This document shows positions 39,406-53,800 of a DNA stretch of 64,000 nucleotides, in pieces. A program made the position numbers and the translations under genes. The DNA is from Octopus vulgaris (taxonomy: Eukaryota), in NCBI GenBank assembly GCA_951406725.2, contig OX597817.1, positions 119,102,001 through 119,166,000 on the forward strand, read 5' to 3'. The notes beneath the pieces are model-generated. The model searched no databases and was not told the origin of the DNA. It saw only the letters and a list, made by a program, of their open reading frames with translations. The stretch's first letter is position 1. Each line of letters begins with the position of its first letter.

Positions 39406-39669
39406 TGGGAAAATTTAATTCTCAAAAGAATACACTCTTGTTTCATTTTCTACACGCTCTCACAGACCTACAGTTCGGAATATTTGCAGAACAACGAATC
39501 ATAGTATAAAGCTCATATACTGGAGAGCAGTAGTAGTAGTAGAGTTATAGTAGTAGTAGAATTGTGCTAGTGGTAGGAGGATGAAGGATAAGAAGAAGAA
39601 GAAGAAGAGGAGAGAGTAAGTAGGAAGAACGAGTTGGAGTAGTCATAAGGTTGCGACGATACTGTTATG

Positions 39670-39810
39670 TGTCTTTAGTCAACCAAATTGACCCCAGTAC
39701 TAACTTTTTTTTCTAAACCTAGCACTTACTCTATCTTGTGCTGAACAGCTAAGTTATGGGGATGTAAACAAACCAGCACCGCTCATGTCGTAGCTGGGGA
39801 CAAACACTGA
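39670..39810 (-). mobile_element. 3' module of an OK-like SINE, degenerate
   Basis: tttagtcaacc..ttgacccc..ctgaacagctaagttatggggatgtaaacaaaccagcacc. Confidence 0.6.
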
Positions 39811-40110
39811 GAAAGACACCACATTATATATATATTAATAAATTCCAGGTTGGAAAAAAAAAATTTAGGAAATTTCTTTGTTATCAGTGGTCTAGCGAGA
39901 GAAAAAAACTAGCCAATAGACTATATAAAAATACACATATAAAAACACAGTGCACATTTAAACACTTAAGAGATGGCCATAACAGGACATCTGAGCTGCT
40001 AGAAGGAGTAGTTAAACTCCAAACCGCTATGAGGGGTAATTTCGAAAGGGAATAGTTAATATATATATATATAGTGAGAGAGAGAGAGAGAGAGAGATAG
40101 ATAGATAGAT

Positions 40111-40258
40111 AGTATTAATAATGATTAGGAGATTAGAGAATTTTTACATACATAATTTTATTTAACAGTTAATTGCAGCATTTACCAATGCTGTAATTAA
40201 CTGTTAAACAAAATTATAGATATAAAAAACCTCTGTTCTCCTCATCGTTATTAATATT
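40111..40258. repeat. Imperfect ~72-bp-arm hairpin with a 4-nt loop
   Basis: agtattaataatga..taacagttaattgcagcatt-tacc-aatgctgtaattaactgttaa..tcgttattaatatt. Confidence 0.9.
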
Positions 40259-41029
40259 ATTACTTACTCTACAGAACATATGCAACCCTGAACAGGAAAA
40301 TCGGATTTACTCAGTGAGAAAAGTTACCAGAGCCCAACAGCTTATTGTTAGCTTGGATACCACCTAAGGACTGTTGTGGTTAGCCAGCATTTGAAACCAA
40401 CTTGATAAGAAACATGGTTACCGCCAGGATAATATATCCCTTTAAACTCATATATATGGAGTTCTTTCAGTTTCTGTCTACCAAATCCGCACACTGGATT
40501 ATGGATTCTGTTATTACGGCAGTTAAAAAAGAATACAGGGGAGATTCTAAATGGTTATTATATATCAAATTTGACTTTATAAAACAGAAATAATAATGCT
40601 TCAATTTCAAAAAATTAACTGGTATTACAAAATCTATGCCGTTATATGTAAATCTATGGGTTCGATGACTTTTGCTGATATATAAAAATATTCCAAGAAT
40701 ATAATTGAATTAACAGCACAATTAAAACCAAATTATAAACAATCATTGTCATAAATTTTACCAGTGTGAACATCATCATCATCATTGTTATTATCACTTA
40801 CACAATCATCATCTTCACTGTTGTGCTGTTGATGGTATTAATGTTATCATCTTCATTTACAAACAAAATAGGTTCACATGTTCATTTGATTCCATTATGG
40901 CTTAACAGAATTAAATGGTACTGTAGTATCAAAAAAAGTGACAGCATTATTTCAGAGAAGGTACAAAACCTGGTCCAGCAACATCTTGGACACCAGCATG
41001 AATATCTACTCGCATGACACTAGAGAATT

Positions 41030-41460
41030 ACCATTGCTACTATATTAAAGCGAAATGTGGAAGATGATTGTGAAAAGTCATTGAAAAGTCAGGTGTGCTT
41101 CAGCAAAGATGCTTGAGAAAAATCCTGAGAAATTCATATCATAACCATAGAAGAAACAAACAAATTTTAAGAAGAGAATTTTCAAGAAAACTTCAAGATG
41201 GGATCATAAAATGAAGATTATAACTGACCGGTGGTCACATCCTGTGCCAACAAGATCATTGGTATGAAGAAATAGCATTAAGATGGACACCATTAGAAGG
41301 AAAGAAAAGACGAGGAAGACTAGAAGCTTTATAAAATTAGATCCTTCAGAGGGAACAGAAGATTGGGAATAGACATCAACCTGCATTTGGAAAACATGGA
41401 AACATTTGTAACCAATCAAATGCACCACAGGAGACTACCACATGATTCACAAACATTCAT
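41030..41460 (+). mobile_element. Decayed RTE-clade LINE 3' fragment
   Basis: VLQQRCLRKILRNSY..NKQILRR..GHIL..IALRWTPLEGKKRRGR, the typical RTE post-RT region. Confidence 0.7.
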
Positions 41461-42801
41461 AGAATGGATTAACAAATTAACTCTTAGTGGCAATCGAAAT
41501 GCCAAAAGTATTTATTTGATATGTTGCAATTCTAAAAGAACCCAATTAACTAGATGCTCCTTTTGATGTTGAATAAAAAAGTATTTTATAGTTCTAAAAC
41601 TTGTTTGGTTTCCATTAACCAATGGCTCATACTGTCTATTTAGATAAACCACTTTTATGACAATTATTTAATGCATTACAATTAATTTTTGCTATATATG
41701 CATAGCTAAGTTCTTTTTATATATGTGTAGCTAATAAAGTAATAGCGAAATCTATACCCAGCTTACATGTATCCAATTTGTTCAAAAATTCATATTTAAC
41801 AACTTAACAACCAAAGTTTTATTTTTCCATCTTCCATACCTCCTTTCTTCAATAAATATATGTGATTAAATTAATGAAATATATATGTCTGTATATAAAT
41901 ATATGTGATGTGTGAGTGGATGTACATATGTGTATATATATATATATGTGTGTCCATAGGTGTTTCTATGTATTTACATATACACATGTATTTGCAAAAC
42001 TCTTTATCTTTTATACATATATGTATTATATACACAAATAGACAAAAATATATGTTCAGGGAAATATTCAAGTTTCACTTTCAAAATAAAACAGAATTAG
42101 CCCAAATATTTGCTTGTGAATATGTTTCCGTCTGAATATATCTATTTATGTAGAATACTTAGAATTTAGTGATTATTACCCATGTAATTTTATATATAGA
42201 TTATAATTCTGTTGAAATACAGTATTTCTAGCTTTAAAGAGGCTAATGATTGTTCTAAAAAAAAAATTGACAATAAAATAAATTAATAAAATTACAGATT
42301 TGTCTGTTGACACGGTGGACTTTAGACAAAGAACACTAAATCCATTAGGCTACGTGAAACCATAACTTCATTTTATAATCAATTTCACTGGTTATAAATA
42401 TAAATGACCAAGACTGAAATTTATGAAGAATATTCACTCAAACAACTTGTGTATATCTTCTTTTTTTTTCCCCCTCTTCATTCCTCATCTATTTTGTATG
42501 TAGGTGCTGATAGAGAAACATAATTAAGAAATTCTCTTCACAATCTAATGATTCTGTGTTTTGGGCAAATGTCTTCTACAATAGTCTCAAAGCAAACAAG
42601 TTTTGGGTGAAATTGGTTTCACAGAAACCTGTGGTTAGACAAGAGCTGTGCAGAAGCCTGTCGGAAGGAATGTAGTTTTCCTCATCCTTTACCTGTTTTA
42701 ACACTATGACCTGCTACTTTAGTGTCATCATCATCACCACCACAACTACCACCACAACAACCACCACCACCACAACCACCACCACCACAACCACCACCAC
42801 C

Positions 42802-42996
42802 GTTTAACATAACATCCACCTTCCATACTGGCCTGCACCAGACTTTTGTGTCTGTTTTGGCATGATTCTTATGACTGGATGCCCTTCTTAACACCAACCA
42901 CTCAGCACAGTGGACTGAGTGCTTTTTACATGACACAAGCACAGGTGAGGTCAGTTTTGGCAAGGCTTTTACAGCTGGATACCCTTCCAAATGTCA
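42802..42996 (-). mobile_element. RTE-tail element fragment
   Basis: Two ctggat(g/a)cccttc motifs, the reverse complement of the motif at ~19830. Confidence 0.6.
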
Positions 42997-43502
42997 TTTG
43001 CTAGGTTGTAAACATTTGAAGAAGACCTGTATAATAACCCATGAGTTATGATTACTTCGTCTCCTATCTATACAGGTTTAAGAGGTGTTGCAAGAGATCA
43101 TTGGGACTGTCATTCTTCCGATTAAGCCATGACCATAAAAAGGACCAATTTTACAAGTTATGGCATGGTCGATATCCTACATAAAATTTAATTATTTCTT
43201 TTCACTTTCCCTTAGTATTTCCCTAACCTAGTATTAGACTATCAATGCACTACAGACATGACACTAATTAAACCTCTATCTCTAAATTTACCTCTCATTT
43301 CTCTCTCTCTCACAGACACACAGACACACACACACACATTACTTTCTTTTCATGTACACCCCCATATATTTATTCAATGCTAATTTTGGCTGTTAATTGC
43401 CAGCTTATCTTCAAATATGAGAAACAAATGCAAGTTTCTCTGATGACATGACACATTCATGCAACTAAACCTCCCTCATATACTGTAAAAATAAATAAAT
43501 GC

Positions 43503-43747
43503 ACCCTTTTAAAGCCTAGCCAAGCTCATGGGCCCGGTTTCCTGGTTTCAATGGCATATGCATTCCCCAGCTGGATGGGACACCAGTCCATCGCAGCGTT
43601 ACTCATTTTTGCCAGCTGAGTGGATTGGAGCAACAGAAAATGAAGTGTTTTGCTCAAGAACACAACGCATAGCCCAGTCCAGGAATCAAAACCACAATCT
43701 TACGATCATGATGCTGACACCCTAACCACTAAGCCACGCGCCTCCAC
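43503..43747 (-). mobile_element. tRNA-derived CORE-like SINE
   Basis: The minus strand reads gtggaggcgcgtggcttagtgg..gttttgattcc..tgtgttcttgagcaaaacactt..cactcagctg. Confidence 0.75.
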
Positions 43748-44225
43748 ACTCATATACTGTACAACCCAGAAACATTTGTTGGAACTGCTAGGAAAAAGAC
43801 CCTTGAAAACAAGACTATGCTCCTATCCTCCTTATTTCACAACATGCATCAAGTCCTATTCAAATTTAGGCCTACTTGTTTTCAAGTACAATAAACAGTG
43901 TACAAATGCACATACATATTTGATTGTCTTGTTTAAAGGAAACTACTATTCAGAGGGAGAGAGCGGGCACATTAGTGTATGTATGGGTGAAAGTGTGTGT
44001 CTTTAAAGATTTATAAAACAGTATGGAATGCTATTAATGCAGAATGTTATGATATATTACTGTCATAGTGGGGTTAGCACAACAACATGGTTTACAGCAG
44101 ACATGTAACATCACCTGCAGGTGATCTTACAAATTTTTCTCATCTTCTGCTTTGAATATATATATATATGCATCTATATCTATATATCTATCTATCTATC
44201 TATATATATATATATATATATACAC

Positions 44226-44359
44226 AATAATAATAAATATGCATGTTTTTATGTACATATATATATATATATATAAATAAAATAATAAATTTCTATATTT
44301 GCATATATATATATACATGCATAACAATAATAATAAATATGCATCATGTTTTTATGTAC

Positions 44360-44393
<34 letters not shown>

Positions 44394-44462
44394 TAAATTT
44401 GCATATTTGCATATATATATATATATATATGCATAACAATAATAATAAATTTGCATATTTGC

Positions 44463-44470
<8 letters not shown>
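44226..44470. repeat. Degenerate minisatellite built on (TA)n
   Basis: aataataaatttgcatatttgcatatatat-like unit repeated 4-5 times. Confidence 0.7.
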
Positions 44471-44496
<26 letters not shown>

Positions 44497-44497
44497 G

Positions 44498-44540
<43 letters not shown>

Positions 44541-45274
44541 ATACATTTTTTAAAACATATATGCATGTGTGAGAATGATTTTTTTTTTTCCTCATGAAAG
44601 TTTAGTTTTGCATTTTCATTTTGCATGTATTTGCATATATTTGTGTTACCTTTCAAATAAGAAGATATTTCTCTATGCATATGTTCCTCTGTGTGTGTGT
44701 GTGTGTGTGCATGCACATGTAAATGCATGTCATGAGCACATCTATCTCTTTGTGGATTTTTTTCTAGTGTATACATATATGTGCATCTCCAATTTTTTGC
44801 TGGGTTAAATGTATATCTTTGTACAATGTCACTTATCAGTGAATACATATAAGAGACAAGTGGGTGTGAGAATGCATTTATTACCAATAGCAACAGCAGC
44901 CATTTATTTGATAATATTCTCTTAGCTCTGAATCACATATTTGTTGCAACAATACATTGCCATATTTGGTAGTAAAAAAAAAAAAAGTTAAAAGAAACAA
45001 CAAAAATGACTAATGTATATTTGAGTCTTGATATTTTCTTATGAAACATTAAATAAAAAGAAAATTATATCATTCTTAAATATGATACACTTACAGAGTA
45101 AACCACAAAAAAAAAATTCAATCATATCACTTTTGAACCTTGTGGCTAAGATCAAATATACAACATGAATTTTTGTATTCTATTTTCACTTAAGCTTATT
45201 TTGTTGGATATATTTTTCAAATATAATATACATATCATCCAAATGAAGATAAAAGCTTTCAAATCACAAAAAGA

Positions 45275-45305
<31 letters not shown>

Positions 45306-45518
45306 CCTTTCTACTATAGGCACAAAGCCTGAAATTTAGTGGGAGAGGAATAGTCGATCACATTAATCTCAGTGTATAACTGGTATTTAATTTATCGACC
45401 CCCAAAAGGATGAAAGGCAAAGTCGACCTCAGCAGAATTTGAACTGAGAATGTAGCAACAGGCGAAATACCACTAAGCATTTTGCCCAGCATGCTAATGA
45501 TTCTGCCTGCTCACCACC

Positions 45519-45520
<2 letters not shown>
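45306..45520 (-). mobile_element. Meta-domain SINE in (AAT)n
   Basis: tttatcgaccc..aaaggatgaaaggcaaagtcgacctc core. Confidence 0.85.
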
Positions 45521-45579
<59 letters not shown>

Positions 45580-46200
45580 GGATGACAATGATGATGATGA
45601 TTACTTTTCTTTACAACCTAGGCATAGATGAGGGTGACAATAGAAGGACAGCCTACAATTTTTATGCGTAGAGGTATACTTAAAAAATAAAAAAGAAAAG
45701 AAAGGGAAAAGATGGTGAATAAGCTAAAAGTAAACATATTTTACAAAATATGTGAACACAAATGATGCAGTCCCCCTGATACAGTAAAAGCTCCAACAAA
45801 GGTCAACCAAGGAACCCCAGAAAGCCAGGATTACCTTTATCACCACAAGTCCTTGCTCAAATGTTGTTCTCCAATGTACAGGTGCATGCTTAATGTACGT
45901 CAATTCACCCTAACCATTTCTACCACAGTCATCCACCTTTTTACAAACTTATTGGGAGAGTGTACTTCCTTCATCACTTCTACTTTCCTTTCCAAGTGGA
46001 ACTTGAAAAAATGGATGAGGGCTCAATTGAAGAGAAAGGTGTCTTTCCTCAATTCTTTCAGCTTTGTTCACCACACAAACTATTTTACCATAGGCACTAA
46101 ACAGAGGAACATAGCTTACCTTGCCTTGTTAAAAGTGTGTGGTTGAGTAACTCTCACAGTGGACTCAACGAATATTCAGATTCATCCTAATAATATTTAA

Positions 46201-46355
46201 TTCTTTGATAGGCACAAGGCCTGAAATTTTGAGGGAGGGGGCTGGTTGATTACATCAACCCCAGTGCTTGACAGGTACTTCGGAATGTAAAAATAGACGA
46301 AATACTGCTAAGCATTTTGTTCAGAGTGCTAACAGTTCTGCCATTTCACCATCTT
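46201..46355 (-). mobile_element. Meta-family SINE with the core deleted
   Basis: Head and tail match the family; the middle is missing. Confidence 0.65.
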
Positions 46356-48997
46356 ATTCATCCTAATAATACTGATAATAACTGTGCTTTATTTGCCACC
46401 ATCACTCATTACAAAGTATTTCACAAAAGGTGTGGAAAACTATATAGACACATACACACACACACACACACACAATGTTAGTGTAAGAAAAATATAATAC
46501 AAAACGATGCAATATTAAGACAAGTTACAATGTTTTATACAAAACCAAAATAAATGAATAGAAAAAGGCAACCTAACCACAAAATGTGAGAAGCCACTGC
46601 TTATGAAAGGTTAGTATACCTCACAACTCTGACACCACCTTTCAATTCAATCTTCTTCTGTTACCTCAAAATTGTCTTTGAGGTAATTTCAGCCTTAGTC
46701 TAACTGCAAAGGACCCTGATATCATCCACAACATTGTCCCTCAGATGTTGATACAATGATGATATGGTTTTAACATCAAATGACTATCAGCTACTCATAT
46801 TATCAATTAGTCATATTATGTGACCAATTCTCTTCCAAGGCTAATATAAGATTATATCTTTTCTCTTCTTCCAGGTAGAAGCCATTTACATGACCTTTAC
46901 TATTAAGTGAAGCAAGTAGGTATTGTCATTTGTAACACATCTCACCCACACTTTCTCTTGAGCTAGGTTGTGTTGCTCTGTCTTTTGCCACAACATTAAC
47001 AATAATTAAAGAATGTTACTGTTGTTACTATTGCTGCTTTTCTATGCCTTTTTTTTTTCCATTTTAGCTATTTTTCTTTGCAGTACTAATCTTTTATTAT
47101 GTCTCATATTATGCATGTCTATATTTTCTGTATGTTCTATTAGTAGTTTAGCAGAGAGTGTTTAAGTATTGCTTTTCTACAACCTCCACTTCTAAGGCAA
47201 TCACCTTACAATGTGTAAACATGCCCCCTCCCCATCACATAGATACCACCAAAAATTTAAATATAATTAAAGAAAGGCCTTTCTTCAATCTCAGGTAACG
47301 GGTGTTAAGATAACAATTTGTTCTCAAGTCCATTGAAGGTTGAAGAACTAAAAATAATTTTTTTGTAAGTTAATCCTAGAAGAAACTATATTCTACATGA
47401 TTCTCTGTGAAACATGACCATTCATGAGAAACTTCAACCAACTACAACTGCAATGATAAATAAATAAATAAATAAGTAAATAAATAAATAGATAAAAAAA
47501 TAAATGAGTAAATAACTAAATAAAAACTTCAAATTTATTTGAATTTATTTTTCTTTTAGATAAGTAAAAAGATTCATATTTTGGAAACTAAATCATACAC
47601 AGCTTAAGGTATATAACAAACAGTGCCATTTTAAATGGAGAGGCAGCATGTTGTATTTTTTTGTTTCTTGAAAAATTTGCATTCAGGAAATAAACAGATC
47701 TTCAAATAAATAACTAAATAAGAATCAAAAGTGAATAACTAAACAGGCTAAGATCTAAATGTTTCATCTAGACTTTAAACCAGCTGCATAAAAAAAAATG
47801 TTTTTGGATCAACAGAACATTTTTTTTTATTACTTTACTTTTCAAAATATCTTTTTTTTTTTAATATGTATTTACTTATTCTGATTTTATAAGTTGCCAT
47901 TTTGCTTGTCATGTTTTAAAAAATATTCTCATATAATTTGAAACTTCCTGGAGTGACTAGAAAATATACAAAATGTTGGTTGCAGTGGAAATTATTGGAT
48001 CTTCCTTAATTCTTAAATTCATACAACATTTGCAGATGGAAAAGAATAAATTTCTATGTAAATATGTTTTTATAACATAATAGACACCTGAATTAGATAA
48101 GGTTTTTCTGAAAATTGAGAATCACTAGAAAAGTGCTGTACCATTTTAAAAAGCATGAACACTTTTATTTTTATTTTTCCATCACTTTATACAGTGAGAA
48201 CAGGTAAGAGAGAAATGGCTATGCAGTATATCTTGTTTTCTGATGTGGTAAACTGTATCACTAGCCAACAACTGTTGCAGTATTGCCTATATAATAGTGC
48301 AAGTACTGGTCTCTCCCGACAGAAAATTATCTTTGTATTGCTCATCCTAATTAAATACTTCTATGATATAAGTACTCAAGCAAGATTACAATGCTCAAAG
48401 GTGTTCTGGCACACAGGCAGTATTTATGTTTATGCCATGTAATTATAACTAGACAGTATTTAGTAATAATGATGTGTGAGCATACTTTGATGCCCACAAA
48501 ATAACGCCTCCATCTATTCGTAACTAATATCAATGAACTCTTGAGTGTTCTGATATATACAGAATATCTGATATAAAAACAGAGAACCAGGCAGTAAAAT
48601 CTATGCAACTTTTATCTCCTTCCAGTCTTTAAAACTAACCAAACTGCAAACTTAATGTGTAATATTACATTGGACTACATGTGTAACATTGACATAGATG
48701 TTGTGTCTGGGGAGAGTCATTTTCTTTTTGTGCCTTATAATGTAACACACTCACTGGTAAAATTTCCCCTTATTTCTTATTTTTATTTTTCTAAAATTTT
48801 CATTGCATCTTGCAACCTTTTCATTAGTCTTGACTCTCTAAACACAACAGAATATGCTTCAACACACAAACTCATATAAAGAATCTTGCAAACCAAATCC
48901 CCAAACGAAATATTGACATAGATGTTTTCTATCAGAGTAAAAGGGAACTCTTTCATATCTTGCTGTAAGTTCTACTTGATATAGTTCATTTTATTAC

Positions 48998-49311
48998 ATG
49001 TGGCTTAATGATTAAGGTAATCAGCTCACGATCGTAAGGTCACGAGTTCGATTCCTGGCAGTGCATTTGTCCTTGAACAAGACATTTTATTTCACATTGT
49101 TCCAATTCACTCAGCTGACAAAAATGAGTTGTGCCTGTATTTCAAAGGGCCATCTTTGTCACATTATGTGTCAATCTAGATCTCCTTGAGAACTACATTA
49201 AGGTTATGCATGTCTGTGGAGTGTTCAGCCATTTGCACATTAATTTCATGAGCAGGCTGTTCCATTGATTGGATCAATTGGAACCTTCATCATCTTAACT
49301 GATAGAGTGCT
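48998..49311 (+). mobile_element. tRNA-derived CORE-like SINE
   Basis: gtggcttaatg..gagttcgattcc (B box)..tgtccttgaacaagacatt..cactcagctg. Confidence 0.7.
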
Positions 49312-50630
49312 ATTTACTTCATTTTAACTAATAGACACTGGTACTGTTGAACATCCAGGCCAAATTTTTATAGACAAATCATGAGATATTAGACCATATA
49401 TTCATAGATTATGAGTTCAAAACTGCTACAAGTATTTTTTTGTATTTCTGGATGAAAAAAACACTCTATTCTACTTTTCTTTTTAATTTATCTACCTGTT
49501 GTAATTGATAACTACCAAATCCATAATAAATAACATACATTCAAAAAGGATTAATCTCTCACCAATTTAACAAGTAATCATTGACATTGAAAAATTGCTC
49601 TTTGGGGATTTAAGAGACATTTACATTACATCACATTACAAAGCCATTTACTTTAGATAAGGAGTAAAGGAGGGATATGGTTAATTGAATTCATATACGG
49701 TATAATAACGAAAAATAGTCTAACTGCAGGAAACAAAAAAATAGTCTAACCAGGAAACAAACAACTTCCTGCTTCTTTTATAATTATTAAAATAGGGGGC
49801 ATATGTTCAAATATATTATGTTAACTGAAATCAAAAGTCAACAAATAATAACTAGCAATATGTATTTGTTTGCTATCATACAAACAGAACAGTATGGAAG
49901 TAGAAGGCTGGAGGAAGAGAGAGAGAGAGGGAGAGAGAGAGAGTGATAGGAGAAGTAAAATCTAAATCAGAGGAAGAATAAGGTGCTTATTACAATGTCC
50001 AGGGTGGCATGCAGAAAAAGATGAAGTGAGAGAATTAAAATGCAAGTGGGTTGGAGAAAAGCTATTTGTTTTTTGTTGCTTTAAAGCAAAGAATAGGAAC
50101 AATTTTAATTTACTCATAAATAACAAAGGGAAACAAAGAGACTATTATGAAACATACATTTTCATTATGAACATTGTTATAAAACAACTGAAATGAAATC
50201 CTCATCATTGTTTGATATCCACTTTGCCAAGCTTGCATGGGATGGATGGAATTTATTGAGGTGGATGTCATTCCTGTCACCAACCTTCACTGGTTTCTTC
50301 CTAGCAAGATAGCATTCCCCACAACCAAACATGGTTCACAGAATATTGGAATATCATGTGAAGTCAAAGCAAGAAAACAGTAGCACAGACACACACACAC
50401 AATGGATTTCCTACAGTTCCTCTCTACCCAATCTCCACTCACAAGGCTTTGATCAGTCTGGGGCTATAGTAGAAGACACAATGTACCAAGCAGAAGAACT
50501 GAACCTGAATCCATGTGGTTGGAAAGCAAATTTCTTACCCAACAAGCATGCAATGTAAATTTTTCAATGCTTTGTACTCAATATTCTAATAGTTTTGTGA
50601 ATATAGTTTCATCATTGGTAACTGTTGAAA

Positions 50631-50853
50631 AAGGCGGCGAGCTGGCAGAGACGTTAGCATTCCGGGTGAAATGCTTAGCGGTATTTCGTCTGCCGTTTCG
50701 TTCTGAGTTCAAATTCCACGGCGGTCGACTTTGCCTTTCATCCTTTCGGGGTCGATTAAATAAGTACCAGTTACACACTGGGGTCGATGTAATCGACTTA
50801 ATCCCTTTGTCTGTCCTCTCTGTTTTTAGCCCCTTGTGGGTAGTAAAGAAATA
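50631..50853 (+). mobile_element. Young Meta-domain SINE with a 14-bp TSD
   Basis: TSD ggtaactgttgaaa at 50617-50630 and 50854-50867; B box gagttcaaattcc; core gactttgcctttcatcctttcggggtcga. Confidence 0.92.
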
Positions 50854-53800
50854 GGTAACTGTTGAAACCTTCAGTGACTCAGTAAAAATGAGAGACGTGT
50901 GAAAAGAAGCGTTATTTTATGGCACAAGTATTCATGCATCATTGTTATCTGCCATTTCTGATGAGTGATATGTATGATTACAATTATGAATTATTGATAA
51001 TATTTCATTAATTAATTACCGTTAGATAAGAAATTTACCAATAGTTTTACTCTTCATTTTGAAAAGAATTGGCCACTATCTTTTAATAAAACTGTTGTAA
51101 TTTTTGATGCTACAAATAATTAATCAATTTATGGATATATTTAAACATACTAATCTTATTTATTTCTATGTAAATTTCAATGACTACTACTTTATGTACA
51201 GGCACACACACACACATGCATGCACATGCACACACACAATCATACATATTAAATTGATGGCTAAGTTTCTCATATAAGTAATAGATAAATATGTTTATTT
51301 ATATGTGATTTATTTCATATCAAAACATGAAAAGATTTTAAAAGTGTAAACCCATTTAGAAGAATTGAACCATGTATCTTTTGCTTACAATACAAACATG
51401 TTACAATTTACACAATAGTGAATTAATATCCGATATACAAATTTAGCATGTGTGTGTGTGTCTGTGTGTATGGATGAATGGATGAACAGACGGACAGATA
51501 GATGAGATTGTCATTTTCTTTCTCTTCATTCATGTTTGTATGCCTGAGAGAGAGAGAGAAATAGAGAGAAAGGGAATATTTTTTTAAAGAATCCTCCCTT
51601 AATGATAAATGCATGTACAGATACATACAGATACACACAAGCACACAAACAGGTCATACATTCATAAATAACTGTCAACATCATTGGCTACTGCCCAGTT
51701 GCCATTTTCCCATTTTCACAAGTGTTAAAAGCAGGTTTGCTAAGCAACACATTCAGGATACTGAGTCAAATACACAAATTATTAGGATAAGCTATTGCCT
51801 TTTCCCAGTGCATAGCAGGTAACATTTCAAGCAGTTAGCTGATCATATACAATAGGAGTAGGTGAATGCTACAATGGACTGAATAGATGAGAAATGTTTC
51901 AGTGGTGAACAGTTTATGATTCTGCATAGAAATGCAACAGTAGCAGTGGAAGAATGAAGAATAGATGTCTCACCAAACATCAATAAGCTACTTGATTCAA
52001 TATGCTCGAGTCTAAGCATGCCACCATCCACACCCATTTGTGTAAGCATGAACATGAGAAACAAACACAGATACGCTAACAAAATATACACATATACAGA
52101 TACATATACACAGCTGTTTCTAAAATAAATACAAATTACCAGTCATGTATACTATAGTAACTTGCAGCTACAGTTATGCTTAAAGCGCATTCATTCTTAA
52201 CTTGCCAAATTCTAGTTGCAATGACTTCACACAGCCTCACAAATTACCTGCAGAATGATCTGAAACGATCTATCCTTAAAGTTGCCTTAATGTTATCTAC
52301 TTATTTAGAAGATGATCTCCCCTTTTCCTCACTCAGTCTTTCTCACTATCTGTCTCATATACACACATATATATACACCATGGATATAAACATTTGTTTA
52401 AGTCTATATTTGAATATTTGAAAAAATATGCTGCATGTATTATCATTCTGATTATTTTTTGCTTATTGTTTTCTCAAAAACTTCACCAGCAATTTTTAAT
52501 ATTTCCTTATGCAATTACTTTAACAGATCAATATTCCAATGAAAATAAACCTCTAAAAAGAGGATTTTGAAGTTCCTACTTTATTCTTCAGATACTTTCA
52601 CTAAGCCTTAAAAAGCACAACACATGCAAAATTTAATAGTGATAGCAAAAAAATAAATGAAATAATAGTAATGGTTAATGAAGATATCTGTAATATGATG
52701 GAAATGAAAGGCAAAAATCATAACATTGCACTTCCAAATGTTACTTTACAGTAGACAGGAAAATAATAACAGAAATTGCCATCTTGATAAAAGGATTCAT
52801 TTGGTGGCAAATTCCTGTGAATAATAATTTTAAAATGGGATACATTTTAGCACATTAACTAAGTATGAATCAGATCCAGAGCTCAGATCCAATAATACAA
52901 GTGACTGTAATGGTTAATTTGAAGTTAAAGTACATGAGTGGTTTCATGTTGCCTTTTCAATGCCAAAAGAGTGATTTTCATTCATCACTAGTTGACAGAA
53001 TATTTATTAATTCATAAAATCTTTCTACTCATAAAACAGTGAGCTATTGCCACAAATGAGGCCTATTTACTGCAATCTGTTCTTGAGTCGAGCAAAAAAA
53101 AGTTATTGCACATAAACAAGGTACAAAGATAGTGTCAAATTTGAAATTGCTGCTCTTTAGTGAAATAGCCTGACTCTGTAGTAATTTGGTTAGCTGTGGT
53201 TCTCATGGACAAAATGTACCAAAGTGATGAGTAGTAATATAATCAGTCAAAGATCAGTAATTTAATAATGAAAATATGATGGGCCAGTATATTCTATCCA
53301 TGCAACAAAAAGTACAGTTAAAGGATACTGATGGTTATAAGAAAGATTATTACAATTATGTAGCACTTGGTGTGATGTGAGAAACTGAAACATTTCTAAA
53401 CCAGCAAGTTGCTTCTGATAGCTATCAGAAGCCTTATACAGTGTATTGCTAGAGTGGTATTATTTTAGTTTTTGCAAACACTAATTTAAAACAAAAAAAA
53501 AATTCTTTTTTTTTTTGTTTTTTTGGTAAGGGAGCCTAGTATTTTTGAAGCTGATTAAACCAGCCTAAATCCCAAAGGTACAGATCAATATCCACATGCA
53601 CCAACTGATCTACCGACTTAATATTTTATTTTATTGCCTCTGATGGAGAGACTTTCTAAACTCAATAACAGCATTATTTGAAACAAATATGGAATTCTTT
53701 AAGCAATGAACCATTAAGAATTGATTGCTGAATTTTTATTCTTATTTTTTCACATATTGATTTCATTTTTCTTTGTTTAACAAGTAGTATTTTGTTTCCT

